Below are positions 9,287-19,943 of a stretch of DNA of 64,000 bases, in pieces. This DNA is from Polyangiales bacterium. GTDB taxonomy: Bacteria; Myxococcota_A; Polyangia; Polyangiales; Polyangiaceae. Each line of letters begins with the position of its first letter. Within the stretch, counting starts at the first letter, position 1. A model generated the notes under the pieces. That model worked only from the letters and a program-made list of their open reading frames with translations, was not told where the DNA came from and made no database searches. The stretch is from positions 1 to 64,000 of the forward strand of contig JBBRLQ010000012.1 of the NCBI GenBank assembly GCA_038231275.1, read 5' to 3'. Both the position numbers and the translations under genes were made by a program.

Positions 9287-10642
9287 TCACGTCAGCATGT
9301 CGTCGAGCGCATGATCGACCGGCAAGCCGAACGGCGCGGCCACCGTCGTGTCGATGCCGAGCTTCTTCCTGAGCGCACGCTGGACGTGGGCGGGAAGGAT
9401 GCGGGTCGCCGTCGTGTCGTCGTACGCCTTCACCACGCTCGGATCGTTCGGATCGACGGGAAGCGGACGCAGCTGATCGTCGGTCGCTCCGAGGACACGT
9501 CCTCCTCGAATGCCGGGGCCCGCCAGCAGGATCGACGTCACGTTCCAGTGATCTTTTCCCTTGTCGACGTTGTAGCCCGGCGTCCGGCCGAAGTCGGAAC
9601 CCACCATCAGATAGAGCCGGTTCGAGAGTCCCATGGCGTCGGCCGTGGCGAGCACGTACCGAATCGTCAACGCGAGCATTCCGAGCTGGCGCGTCTGATT
9701 TCGGTCGTGATCGCGGTGCGTGTCGAAGCCGTCGAGCCCGAGGCTCGCGCTCGCGGCGAGCCCCGAAGCGAACGCGTGAAGCGCAAGCTCCCCCGCCTGC
9801 AGGTAGCGATCGAGCTCCTGGCTGTTGTAGTTGGCGGTCGCCAGCGCCGGGAACGCCGTGGCGCCCGTGACCGGTTTGCTCGGGAGCTGCTGCGCCAACG
9901 CACCCAGCGTGCCCATGCGCTGCTGCGCAGAGACGAGCGTCGCGACCGCGTCACCATCACGCTTGGAGCCCGCGCCCTTGGCGAGGCGATCGAGGCGCGT
10001 CGCTTGTGCGGCAGCGATGCGCGCGAGCGTGTCGGCGCTGTGGTAGGTGCGCTGCGATGCGGGCGGCGCGTCGGGGTTCACGACGTGAGGCAGGAACGAC
10101 TGCTTCGCCGCCCCCTGATTGGAGAGACGCGTGAGCTGCACGATGTTGCCCGTCGCCTCGTAACCGCCCGCGCTCAAATACGCGATGGGAAGCGGCGAGG
10201 ACGCCGAGCCGTTCGCCGCGATGAGGGCAGCGAGCGTGGGCAGCTCCTCGCTCGACTTGCCGCTCCAAACGTTCTTGGTGCCGGTGTCGTGGTTGTTGGT
10301 CTGGGTGTCGACCCCGTTGATGACGAGCAGCCTGCTCCCGAGCGCCGTGAAGAACGAGGGCGCGTCGTCGAGCTTCACGCTGCCGTCCATGAGATCGACG
10401 GGCGCCGCCGACACCGCTCCGACCTGGGTCGGGCTCGTGTACAGGTTTTGCTGGATGTCGGCGGTCGGCGCCTTCGCGTTGCAGAAGAGCGTGGGGTCCC
10501 ACCCTCCGCCCGCGTGAATCGTGAGGACGAGCGGACCGGTGTACCCGGCGTCCGCGCGCAGCCCTCGAAACGAAGGGAGCGCGAGGCTGAGGACACCGAG
10601 GCCGCCGGCCTGGAGGAGTCTGCGTCGGGAAAGGTGGATCAT
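9287..10642 (-). CDS. DUF1501 domain protein, Tat-exported
   Basis: Tat motif SRRRLLQ; GGGWD, FDTH, SDFGRTP, GKDHW, GPGIRGGRVLGATD. Confidence 0.88.
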   Translation of the reverse strand: MIHLSRRRLLQAGGLGVLSLALPSFRGLRADAGYTGPLVLTIHAGGGWDPTLFCNAKAPTADIQQNLYTSPTQVGAVSAAPVDLMDGSVKLDDAPSFFTALGSRLLVINGVDTQTNNHDTGTKNVWSGKSSEELPTLAALIAANGSASSPLPIAYLSAGGYEATGNIVQLTRLSNQGAAKQSFLPHVVNPDAPPASQRTYHSADTLARIAAAQATRLDRLAKGAGSKRDGDAVATLVSAQQRMGTLGALAQQLPSKPVTGATAFPALATANYNSQELDRYLQAGELALHAFASGLAASASLGLDGFDTHRDHDRNQTRQLGMLALTIRYVLATADAMGLSNRLYLMVGSDFGRTPGYNVDKGKDHWNVTSILLAGPGIRGGRVLGATDDQLRPLPVDPNDPSVVKAYDDTTATRILPAHVQRALRKKLGIDTTVAAPFGLPVDHALDDMLT

Positions 10643-10656
10643 GCGGTGCTCCGTGC

Positions 10657-13101
10657 TCACTCGTAGAGGAATTGGTAGTCGGAAAAGACGAAGGCGAGGA
10701 CCGCCATCCACGACGCGACCGTGAATTGTTTGTCGTCCTTGATTTGCGACGCGTCGGGGAGGAGGACGTCGCCGGAGTAGCAGCGGGCGTTGTAGTCCGG
10801 CTGGCCCTGCGTCCCGCAGGAGTAGATCTGGTCCTTCGTTCGGTCCCAGTGGCCGAGGCACGAGTCGTCGATCGTCACAGCCGGGGTCTTCTTGGCGAGC
10901 TCGTCGTGCGTTCCTTGAAAGATCCCGTAGACGAGATCGACGTCGGCGTCGGCCGCAGGATCGTGCTTGCCGCCCCACGCGCGGTCGAGGATGGCGGCGA
11001 TGTTCTTCTTGATGTCCGCGTCGCCGGCGCCCGGGAGCGTGGTGAGCTCGACGAAGGGGAAGAGCGCACGCTGCGCCGCGGGACGCGTGAAGTCCCAGGC
11101 GGTGACACGGCAGGCGACCTCGTCGGCGACGCGTGTGGCGATCGACGTGATGAGCGCGTTGGTCGCCGGCGCGCGGGATGTGATGGCGAACGAATCGATT
11201 CCGCCGTAGAGCGTACGCAGATCCTGGACGAGGAGATGAGGGCGCGCCTGTCCCGCGCCCCATGTGCTGCGGCTGTAGGTCACCGTCGTCACGGCTGCGA
11301 TCTTGCGATCGAGCTCCTCCGGCGTCAGCAGGTGGCCGAAGCCCAGCTCCGCGGACAGGAGCGGCGGGACCGTCGCGGGCGCCTTCGCGGCCCGGAAGAA
11401 CGGGCTCTTCACGACGCTCCGCACGAGTGACTTGAAGTCGTAGCCTTTGGCCACGAACGCATCGGCGAACCCGCGGATCGCGTGATCTTCGGCGTTCCAC
11501 GCGTCGAAGCGATCGCCGAAGGTCTTGGGGTCGTCATAGCTCGGGTAGCGAAGCACCGACCGGCCCACGATGCCTTGGAAGACCGTGCGCGCGGCGGCCA
11601 CGGCGAAGCGCGAGTCTTTCCCCATCGCGGCGCCGAGCCAAGAGAGCATCTTCGTCTCGTTGCCCGGCATGACGCTTGTGCCGAGGCCGGGCGGGAGCAT
11701 CTGTTGGTGCGGGGTCGTCGCCGCGGTGATCGTGAGGTTCTCGTCGAACTGCGCGGAGTCGCCGAAGTTGCTGAACGAGTTGGCGACCGGGTCGAGGACG
11801 GTGTGACAGACGGTGCACGCCGGCGAGTTGCGCGTCGGATTGGCGACGCCCGTGAGCGCGCCAGTGTCGAGCGGCCGCTGCGCGAGCTTCAGGATGTCCG
11901 TCGCGAGGAAGACACGCTGGGTCACGCGCGAACGCGCGCGCTGCACGTTGGTCGACGTGCTCACCCAACGCCCCAAATAGCCCGGCGTCGTGAGCACGCC
12001 CGCGTGCCCGAACGCGCCGGACTTTGCGCGCGTGATCTGAATTTCTTTCCAGACGTCGGCGTTGTCGGGGCTCGGCGCGGGGAATTGCGCGCCGAGGCCG
12101 TACAGCTGCGCGAGGTACGAGTTCGCCATGCCGTACGGCGCCGACAGCACCTCGGTGAAAGGCGCGTTCTTTCGAACGACGTTGGCGATGATCTCGATCG
12201 GCTCCGCGGTGAGCGCGTCCTCGATGGCCGACCATGTCGCGTAGAAATCCTGCGTGCACGCCGCCTTGTCGGTCGCCGTCGCACAGTACGTGTCGGGTCC
12301 CGCCTGCCCGACCTTCGCGTACGGAAATTCGGTATCCGCAAATTGGAAGACGCCGACCTGCACGCGCCGGCCACCGTCGGTCAGGAGCGCGTCGTTCCAC
12401 ATCTCCCGGACGCGATCGAGGAAGACGGCCTCGCTCAAGACCGCGTCGAGCGCCTTGTCGAAGCTCGCTTCGTCGGCGAGCGCCGCCTCTTCGGGCTTGG
12501 GGAGGCGACCGCCGAGGTTCAGCGCGGCCTTTCGGAACGTGGCGTTCCAATCGAGGAGGGTGACGTCGTCGAGCGGCGACGTCACACCTGAGCACGGCGG
12601 CGGTGGGGTCGTGACACGCGCGGCGAGCTCCTTGAAGATCGCGAGCTCGGGGCTGTCCGCCGCGACGACCGCGCCGCCGCCGTGGCCATCGCCACCCGTC
12701 GGTTTGACGAGGAGCTTCGGTGTCCCGCTGATCTCCTCGGTGACCATGCGCGAGAGGCTCGCCAAATTGCGCTGGAGGAAGTCGGGGTACGAATCCCACT
12801 CCAGCGTGAAGGCCGCGGCAGGGTGCGCGCCGTTGTCGCCCGTGCTCGCGCTCTCGCCCGGCGCATGGCACGACATGCACTTGCTGCTGAGCACGGGCCA
12901 CGCTTGACGCGCGAAGAAGTCCTCGGTGCTCACGCAGGCTATCGTGCCGCCCTCCGTTCCACCGTCGAGGTCGGTAGGCGGCGTCGGCTTTCCTCCAAGG
13001 GGGCCGTCCTCTTGCGATGCGCTGCACGCGCCCAACGTCGCTGCCACGAGCAGCGGCGCGGCCAAGAAGCGCGACGGGGAGCGAAAAAGTCCATCGAGCA
13101 T
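10657..13101 (-). CDS. Lipoprotein with c-type heme motifs (DUF1588/DUF1592-like partner of DUF1501)
   Basis: Lipobox LGAC; CMSCH and CTVCH; HAGVLTTPGYL; lies directly upstream of the DUF1501 gene. Confidence 0.75.
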   Translation of the reverse strand: MLDGLFRSPSRFLAAPLLVAATLGACSASQEDGPLGGKPTPPTDLDGGTEGGTIACVSTEDFFARQAWPVLSSKCMSCHAPGESASTGDNGAHPAAAFTLEWDSYPDFLQRNLASLSRMVTEEISGTPKLLVKPTGGDGHGGGAVVAADSPELAIFKELAARVTTPPPPCSGVTSPLDDVTLLDWNATFRKAALNLGGRLPKPEEAALADEASFDKALDAVLSEAVFLDRVREMWNDALLTDGGRRVQVGVFQFADTEFPYAKVGQAGPDTYCATATDKAACTQDFYATWSAIEDALTAEPIEIIANVVRKNAPFTEVLSAPYGMANSYLAQLYGLGAQFPAPSPDNADVWKEIQITRAKSGAFGHAGVLTTPGYLGRWVSTSTNVQRARSRVTQRVFLATDILKLAQRPLDTGALTGVANPTRNSPACTVCHTVLDPVANSFSNFGDSAQFDENLTITAATTPHQQMLPPGLGTSVMPGNETKMLSWLGAAMGKDSRFAVAAARTVFQGIVGRSVLRYPSYDDPKTFGDRFDAWNAEDHAIRGFADAFVAKGYDFKSLVRSVVKSPFFRAAKAPATVPPLLSAELGFGHLLTPEELDRKIAAVTTVTYSRSTWGAGQARPHLLVQDLRTLYGGIDSFAITSRAPATNALITSIATRVADEVACRVTAWDFTRPAAQRALFPFVELTTLPGAGDADIKKNIAAILDRAWGGKHDPAADADVDLVYGIFQGTHDELAKKTPAVTIDDSCLGHWDRTKDQIYSCGTQGQPDYNARCYSGDVLLPDASQIKDDKQFTVASWMAVLAFVFSDYQFLYE

Positions 13102-13266
13102 GCCGTTTAGGTTACCGGTCGACGACCCGCGGCCCAGGATCCGCAGACATCTGCCTCGTCGAATTGTGCGTGCTGAGGCGACAGGCAGCGTCGATGTCGC
13201 CCTTTGGCATTTTTTCGTCGAGTGTCGGGTACCCGGCCGCTTTGGTACCTGACCACGCCGGGTTCG

Positions 13267-13872
13267 TCAGCCGACGTTTTCCCAGCGAAACCCCAGCACC
13301 ATCGAGCGCGCTGCCACGTCGCGCTCCTCGACGCTCGCGGCACCTCGCCGTCCCGTCACGTTGAAGAGGGCGACCATGGTCGCGGGGACCGAGTCCATCC
13401 AGCCTTCCGCACGCGCGAGGCATCGCGGCAGGCCCTCGAAGCGCATCCGCAGCGACGCGTCGCTCGTGACCTCGACCTCGATGCGCGTCGCGTCGCGGTA
13501 AATCTGCGTCCACGCGCGCGGCGTCCAGCGCAGGATCCGGCCCGGGTCCACCCCGAAGAGGCGCACGGCGCTCGACAGCAGCGTATTGAGCAGCGTGCTG
13601 TCGAAGTCCGCGACGCCGAGGCGCAAGAAGAACATCTCGCGCCCGCCTCGCCCCAGCGCGTTCCACGCCACCTCCGTGGCGCGCGCGTTGATGGTCATCG
13701 GGAGCCACGCAAGCGTCGACGACTCGCGGATGAGCGCCATATCCTCGGTCGGGATGCCGCCGAGGATCACGTCACGCTTCGAAGGCTCCTGCGCCTCGAC
13801 GCAGCGCAGGAAGTTCTTCATATGGCGCGCGCGCACACCCTCTGTCGTCGTGGCCGTCTGGACCGTTTGCAC
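13267..13872 (-). CDS. Hypothetical protein (myxobacterial DUF2378-like)
   Basis: Protein-like ORF with an AWLP motif and a C-terminal FRW, resembling expanded myxobacterial families. Confidence 0.5.
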   Translation of the reverse strand: MQTVQTATTTEGVRARHMKNFLRCVEAQEPSKRDVILGGIPTEDMALIRESSTLAWLPMTINARATEVAWNALGRGGREMFFLRLGVADFDSTLLNTLLSSAVRLFGVDPGRILRWTPRAWTQIYRDATRIEVEVTSDASLRMRFEGLPRCLARAEGWMDSVPATMVALFNVTGRRGAASVEERDVAARSMVLGFRWENVG

Positions 13873-14030
13873 GCAGGCCTCCCCCGCATGCGTACGGTCG
13901 CGCGCGCGCTTGCTTTAGCTTCGGCGTACGAACTTACGACGCCGCGGGATCACCGGCAGCGCGAGACCCTCCGGCGCGAGCACCGCATGGTAGTCTCGCG
14001 GGCCGTGGTCGCACGTTTGCGGAGGATGCC

Positions 14031-14405
14031 ATGCACAGGAGCCGTCTCGCCGGGTTCATCATCGACTGCAAGGACACGGAGCCCTCGCGCGGCGCCGCGT
14101 TCTGGAGCCAGGCGCTCGGAATGCCGTCGCGCGGCGCGGAGGGCGAGCTGTACGAGTGCCTCGATGCGTCCGCGCGCGACCTCGTCGTCGAAATCCAGAA
14201 CGTCACGCACGAGAGCCGCGTGCACCTCGATATCGAGAGCGACGACATCGACGCCGAGGCGACACGCCTCGAGGCCCTCGGCGCGCGCCGTGTCGGCAAA
14301 GTGAAGACGTGGTGGTTGATGGAGGCGCCGACCGGCCAGCGCTTCTGCGTCGTGCGGGCGAAAGGCGACTTGACGAGCGCCCCCGGCGCGGGCGTGTGGC
14401 CGTGA
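14031..14405 (+). CDS. VOC/glyoxalase family protein
   Basis: IIDC...AAFWSQALG, RVHLDIESDD, WWLMEAPTGQRFCVV. Confidence 0.9.
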   Translation: MHRSRLAGFIIDCKDTEPSRGAAFWSQALGMPSRGAEGELYECLDASARDLVVEIQNVTHESRVHLDIESDDIDAEATRLEALGARRVGKVKTWWLMEAPTGQRFCVVRAKGDLTSAPGAGVWP

Positions 14406-14457
14406 TCGCTTAATCCCTCCTCTGCGTGCGCCGTTTCCAAGGTCGGAGGAACAGCAC

Positions 14458-15411
14458 GTGGCAAGCATCGACGGGAACCTCGAGGCGATTCGCCGGGTAC
14501 GGTGGATGGAGTTCTGCGCCATGGGCAGCGCCATCTCCGTCGTGATCGAGGACGTCGAGCACCGCGCGGTGCTCGAAGAGATCCCGCGATGGTTCACGCG
14601 CTGGGACCGCGCGCTCAACCGCTTCTTTCCGCACAGCGAGCTCGCGCGTCTCAATGCAGAGGCCGGCAAGGCGCTCAAGGTGAGCGCGACGCTCTGGAGC
14701 GCGCTCGAGACGGCGCTGTGCGCGGCGCACTGGTCGGACGGGCTCGTCGCACCCACCCTCCTCGACGCGATCGAGTCCGCCGGCTACGATCGCAGCCTTG
14801 GCCTCACGGGCGAGCCGCCGCCATCCTCCGTAGAGCGGGCGAGGAGGCGGGCCCAGGATTGGCGCGCCATCCAAACGAACCCCGTCACCCGCACCGTGAC
14901 GCTACCCACGACCGCGCGCGTCGACCTCGGCGGGATCGCGAAGGCCTGGGCTGCCGATCGTGCGTGCGCGCGCCTCGCGGCGTTCGGCGCTTCGATGATC
15001 GACGTCGGCGGAGACATCGCGATCAGCGCACCGCGCAAGAACGGCACCCCGTGGCCGGTCGTCGTCGCCGATCCGCGCAAGCCCGGCAAAGAGCTCCTGT
15101 CCCTCCACCTCTCGCGCGGCGGCGTCACCACGGTGGGGCGCGATTTCCGCAAATGGCAGCAAGGCGGCGCGTGGCAGGAGCACATCATCGACCCGCGGAC
15201 GCACACCGCGACGGCCACCGATGTCCTCACCGCCACCGTGATCGCCGAGACGGCCGTCGAGGCCGACGTCGCCGCGAAGACCATCGTGCTTCGTGGCGCG
15301 CGCGACGGCCTCGCGTGGATCGAGAAGCAGGACGGCCTCGGTGCGGTCGTCGTGACCGACGCCGGTGAGATCCGCATGAGCGCGCGCGTCAGTCCCTACC
15401 TCGCCGCCTGA
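14458..15411 (+). CDS. apbE: FAD:protein FMN transferase
   Basis: AMGS, SELARLN, DLGGIAKAWAAD, DVGGDI, HIIDPRT. Confidence 0.9.
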   Translation: MASIDGNLEAIRRVRWMEFCAMGSAISVVIEDVEHRAVLEEIPRWFTRWDRALNRFFPHSELARLNAEAGKALKVSATLWSALETALCAAHWSDGLVAPTLLDAIESAGYDRSLGLTGEPPPSSVERARRRAQDWRAIQTNPVTRTVTLPTTARVDLGGIAKAWAADRACARLAAFGASMIDVGGDIAISAPRKNGTPWPVVVADPRKPGKELLSLHLSRGGVTTVGRDFRKWQQGGAWQEHIIDPRTHTATATDVLTATVIAETAVEADVAAKTIVLRGARDGLAWIEKQDGLGAVVVTDAGEIRMSARVSPYLAA

Positions 15412-15884
15412 GCGGCCAGCGCGAGGAAGCCGTCGCGGTCCAGCGATCGCACGTCGGCGGGCAAGCGCGCGGCCGGCACGAGCTCGCCGCTCCCGTAACG
15501 CCACGCGCCGGCTTCGCGCACGAAGCGTGAAAGCTCTGCGAAGGACCGATCGTCGCCGCGCTCGAAGACGCGCGCGTAGAAGAGCACCTCGCCCGTGTCT
15601 GCGGTGGTCGATGTATGTAAAATACACAGATCGAGGAAGCGCTGGGTCTCTTTGGCCCGGGAGAGCTCGCGCGCCAGGTCGGCCGCCGGCACCGCACGAT
15701 CGGGGTGCGAGGCGGCGAGGGTCTGGACGAGGTAGCCGCCCAGGCCTCGTGCGAACGCGGCAAAGCGCGAGCGCATGAGGGCCTCCGGCGTCTCGGCGCG
15801 CGCGACGCCCGCGTGGATCGGGCCGCAGCAGGCCTTGTAGCGCTTGCCCGAGCGGCACGGACACTCGGCGGACGGGCCCTTCAC
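15396..15884 (-). CDS. ychJ: YchJ family (SEC-C motif) protein
   Basis: CPCRSGKRYKACC, PEALMRSRFAAF, ELSRFVRE.G.WRY. Confidence 0.9.
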   Translation of the reverse strand: MKGPSAECPCRSGKRYKACCGPIHAGVARAETPEALMRSRFAAFARGLGGYLVQTLAASHPDRAVPAADLARELSRAKETQRFLDLCILHTSTTADTGEVLFYARVFERGDDRSFAELSRFVREAGAWRYGSGELVPAARLPADVRSLDRDGFLALAAQAAR

Positions 15885-15927
15885 GGGATCATCCTACCAA
15901 CCTGCCGCGCGCCCCGCATTTCATCGT

Positions 15928-15963
15928 TAGAGCAAGCGTCGTTGCTACGTAACGCTTGCTCTA
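15928..15963. repeat. 12-bp perfect inverted repeat (TAGAGCAAGCGT / ACGCTTGCTCTA) with a 12-nt spacer
   Basis: Read directly from the sequence between the divergent ychJ and GreA-like genes. Confidence 0.8.
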
Positions 15964-16032
15964 GCCTTCAGGTGGGTCGCTCCAGTCGTTTGCCCGTCAC
16001 GGTCAAACGACTTCCGCTAAAAAAGCTCACGC

Positions 16033-16524
<492 letters not shown>

Positions 16525-16533
16525 GCGCTGCGG

Positions 16534-17970
16534 CTACGCGTCGCCCGTGACCGGCGCGCGGCCGAGGTGCCCCTTCGCGACCTTCAGGAAGCGTGCGCGC
16601 GCGGCGGCGTGATCGACGATGGGGCGCGGGTAGTTCTCTCCGAGGCGAACGCCGGCCTCGGCGAGGATCGCGGCGGGCGCCTCGGCGGGGCGATGAATGT
16701 ACTTTGCATGCATCCGCGCGAGCTCGGGAACCCATCGGCGAACGTAGCCGCCTTCCGGATCGAAGCGCTCGCCCTGGCTCGTGGGGTTGAAGACGCGAAA
16801 GTAGGGCTGCGCGTCACACCCGCAGCCCGCCGACCATTGCCACCCGGCGTCGTTCTGCGCCCAGTCGCCGTCGGTGAGGTACTTCAGGTAGTGCGCCTCG
16901 CCCAGCCGGAACGAGAGGAGGAGGTGCTTGGTCAGGAAGCTCGCCGACACCATACGCGCGCGGTTGTGAACGTAGCCCTCGGCGAGGAGCTGCCGCGCCG
17001 ACGCGTCGACCACCGGGTAGCCGGTCCTGCCCTCGGTCCACGCGCTCCACGCCGCCGCGTCGTCGCGCCACGGGAATCCCTCGAAGTCACGCCGAAACGG
17101 TCGCTCGAGGAGCTCCGGCCGCGTCCACAAGAGGCCGTGCGCGAAATCTCGCCAAAGGAGCTCGTCGTGGAACTTCGTGCGTTGCTCGGGGGCGTCGGCC
17201 AACGCCTCCCCCGCCGCGTTCCAGAGCGATCGAATCGACACCGTGCCGAACTTCAAGTCCGCGGAGAGCCGGCTCGTCCCCGCGCGATCCATGCGATCTC
17301 GATCCACGACGTAGCTGCGCGCCGCGCCAGCGAAGAACGCCTTCATCCGCGCGCGGCCCTCGCGCTCGCCCCCCGCAAGGACGTGCGGATTCTTCGGGAT
17401 GCCAAGGGACGCGAGCGTCGGGATCGGCGCCTCGTCCGCCTTCACGTCGACCGGAACCTTCGGGAGCGCGCGCGGCGCGGGGATCGCCCGCGCGACGTCG
17501 ACCTGCGCGCGAAACGCCCGCGCGAACGGCGTGAACACGGCGAACGGCGTATCGGCCCCCGTGCGCACGGACGCCGGCGGCGCGAGCAGCTCGCCTTCGT
17601 AGAGGACGAACGGCACCCGGAGCGCCGCCTCCACGCGCCGATCGCGCTCGCGCCCGAACGGCTCGGTCCAGCGATGGGCGACGACGCGATCGACCCGCCA
17701 GCGTGCCGCGAGCGCCGGCACGATTTCCGTGCTCTTGCCGGCGACCATGAGGAGACGCGATCCAAGGTGCGCGAGGTTCGCCTGGAGCGCCTCGAGTGAC
17801 TCGAGCAAGAACTGCATTCGGTGCGGCAGCGCCTGCGCGCGCTCGGGCGCGAAAAAATACGGGTCGAGGACGAACAGCGGGACCACCTCGCCGGCGGTGA
17901 CCGCATCGCGGAGAGGGGCGTGGTCGCTCACGCGAAGATCCTTGCCTCGGAACCAGACCAGCGTCCTCAC
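16534..17970 (-). CDS. phrB: Deoxyribodipyrimidine photolyase (cryptochrome/photolyase family)
   Basis: WFRGKDLRVSDH, TSRLS, ELLWRDF, GRTGYPVVDA, HNRARM, GWQWSAG, FRVFNP. Confidence 0.95.
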   Translation of the reverse strand: MRTLVWFRGKDLRVSDHAPLRDAVTAGEVVPLFVLDPYFFAPERAQALPHRMQFLLESLEALQANLAHLGSRLLMVAGKSTEIVPALAARWRVDRVVAHRWTEPFGRERDRRVEAALRVPFVLYEGELLAPPASVRTGADTPFAVFTPFARAFRAQVDVARAIPAPRALPKVPVDVKADEAPIPTLASLGIPKNPHVLAGGEREGRARMKAFFAGAARSYVVDRDRMDRAGTSRLSADLKFGTVSIRSLWNAAGEALADAPEQRTKFHDELLWRDFAHGLLWTRPELLERPFRRDFEGFPWRDDAAAWSAWTEGRTGYPVVDASARQLLAEGYVHNRARMVSASFLTKHLLLSFRLGEAHYLKYLTDGDWAQNDAGWQWSAGCGCDAQPYFRVFNPTSQGERFDPEGGYVRRWVPELARMHAKYIHRPAEAPAAILAEAGVRLGENYPRPIVDHAAARARFLKVAKGHLGRAPVTGDA

Positions 17971-18045
17971 TGGGCGGCGATCCTACCCAACGCGGTCCCC
18001 CCTTGCTATACGCGGCGGGCGGCGGGTGGCGCGCAATGGAGAGTC

Positions 18046-18762
18046 ATGACGAACGAAGCGTCTCCGGTGGTCGTATACGGGATCGGCGGCCTCGCGGTCG
18101 TCGTCGCCGCGCTCGTCATCGCCGGCATCGCGCGTGCGCACGTCGGCCGTCGTGGCGTGCTGATCGCGCTCGTCGTCGCCGCGGCGTGGCTCGGCCTCAC
18201 GGGTGTGCTCGCGGAGAGCGGCGTGCTCCTCCGAATGGACGCGCGACCGCCGCCGCTGCTTCTCGTGCTGGTCGCCTCGATGGGGATGGGCGCCGCTATC
18301 GGTTTTTCTCGGCTCGGGGTCGCGCTCGCGCGCGAGGTCCCGCTCGTCGCGCTGGTCGCGCTTCAGTCCTTTCGCCTCCCGCTCGAGCTCGTGATGCATG
18401 AAGCGGCGAAGGAGGGAACGATGCCCGTTCAGATGTCCTTCACTGGCTACAACTTCGACATCGTGACGGGCGCCGGCGCGGTGCTCGTCGCCGTCCTCCT
18501 CGCGACGGGCCGCGCACCGCTATGGATCGTGGGCCTCTGGAACACGATGGGCGCGGCGCTCCTCTTGATCGTCATGACGATCGGGGTTGCGTCGACCCCG
18601 CTCATCCATGCGTTCGGTACGGACCCGGCGCACGTGAACACGTTCGTCGGTCAGTTCCCGTTCGTGTGGCTCCCCGCGGTGCTCGTCGCGACCGCTCTCG
18701 CGGGCCACATCGTGATCGCGCGCCGCCTCAAGAGCGAGCTCGCGGTCGCCGCGCTTCAGTGA
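18046..18762 (+). CDS. Conserved integral membrane protein
   Basis: About 7 TM segments; LQSFRLPLE, GYNFDIVTG, FPFVWLP. Confidence 0.75.
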   Translation: MTNEASPVVVYGIGGLAVVVAALVIAGIARAHVGRRGVLIALVVAAAWLGLTGVLAESGVLLRMDARPPPLLLVLVASMGMGAAIGFSRLGVALAREVPLVALVALQSFRLPLELVMHEAAKEGTMPVQMSFTGYNFDIVTGAGAVLVAVLLATGRAPLWIVGLWNTMGAALLLIVMTIGVASTPLIHAFGTDPAHVNTFVGQFPFVWLPAVLVATALAGHIVIARRLKSELAVAALQ

Positions 18763-19187
18763 GCGTAGAGCGTCCGGCAGCTCCGCCCGATCTCGAGCTT
18801 CTTCATCCGGCGTGAGACGAGGACCTTCGCGAGCGCGTTGCCCTTGTCGTCGACGAGCGTGACCGGCAAGGTCCCGTCGCGCTCGCGTGCCGCGCTGCCG
18901 CTGGCGTCGCCGAGGAAGCGGCCGAGGCTCTCGGTCTTGAAATTCGGCGGCTCGCCGTAGGCGAGAAGCGCGACGTCATGGCAGAGGTTGATGACCTCGA
19001 CCGGCGGGCGCGGCCGATGGGGCTCCGGCTCCGGCTCCGGATCGGCGACCGGCGCGGCCCCCGCGTCGGCCGAGGAGACCGCGTCCTCGAAGTGTGGGGG
19101 GTTGGACGCGGCGGAGGGCGCGTTGGTCGGCGGCGCGGAGGCGCACGCGGCGAGGAAGGCGAGGAAGGCGGGCGAGAGGGCGCGCAT
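18756..19187 (-). CDS. Putative lipoprotein
   Basis: Lipobox LAAC, Pro-rich linker, small Cys-containing C-terminal domain. Confidence 0.6.
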   Translation of the reverse strand: MRALSPAFLAFLAACASAPPTNAPSAASNPPHFEDAVSSADAGAAPVADPEPEPEPHRPRPPVEVINLCHDVALLAYGEPPNFKTESLGRFLGDASGSAARERDGTLPVTLVDDKGNALAKVLVSRRMKKLEIGRSCRTLYAH

Positions 19188-19285
19188 GCGCACGAGTATA
19201 CCCGAGGCGCCGGCCTCCCCGGAACGCATGTGCAGGCCCTCACCGGCGCGGCGCGCCGGGCGCAGGCGCCTTATGATGTTGGACC

Positions 19286-19942
19286 ATGGGTCTCTTCTCC
19301 GACGCAAAGCTCCGCATGCCGACCTCCGACGAAGCGCTCCCCGGGCGCAGCGAACGGATGGCCGTCGCCAAGACGCACACCGTGAAGGGCACGAACATGG
19401 AGCCCCCATTCCCCGAAGGGATGCAGCTCGCCATGTTCGGGATGGGCTGTTTCTGGGGCGCCGAGCGCAAGATGTGGCAGGTCGAAGGTGTGTATTCTAC
19501 ACAGGTCGGCTACGCCGCCGGGCAGACGCCAAACCCAACGTACCGCGAGGTCTGCAGCGGCCGGACCGGTCACAACGAGGTGGTCCGCGTCGTCTTCGAT
19601 CCGAAAATCGTCTCGTACGAGGCGCTCCTCAAGGTCTTCTGGGAGAGCCACGATCCGACGCAAGGAATGCGGCAGGGCGGAGACACCGGGACGCAGTACC
19701 GCTCGGGCATCTACGCCTTCGGTCCCGAGCAGAAGGCGGTCGCGCTGGTCTCGAAGGAGGCGTACGGCAATGCGCTCGCGGCGGCCGGCCACCGGCCGAT
19801 CACGACCGAGGTGATCGACGCGCCGGAGTTCTACTACGCCGAGGATTATCACCAGCAGTACCTCGAGAAAAACCCCGACGGGTACTGCGGGATCGGGGGC
19901 ACCGGCGTCACGTGCCCCGTGGGTCTCGGTACGCGGGTCTGA
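19286..19942 (+). CDS. msrA: Peptide methionine (S)-sulfoxide reductase
   Basis: [33 protein letters not shown]. Confidence 0.97.
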   Translation: MGLFSDAKLRMPTSDEALPGRSERMAVAKTHTVKGTNMEPPFPEGMQLAMFGMGCFWGAERKMWQVEGVYSTQVGYAAGQTPNPTYREVCSGRTGHNEVVRVVFDPKIVSYEALLKVFWESHDPTQGMRQGGDTGTQYRSGIYAFGPEQKAVALVSKEAYGNALAAAGHRPITTEVIDAPEFYYAEDYHQQYLEKNPDGYCGIGGTGVTCPVGLGTRV

Positions 19943-19943
19943 C

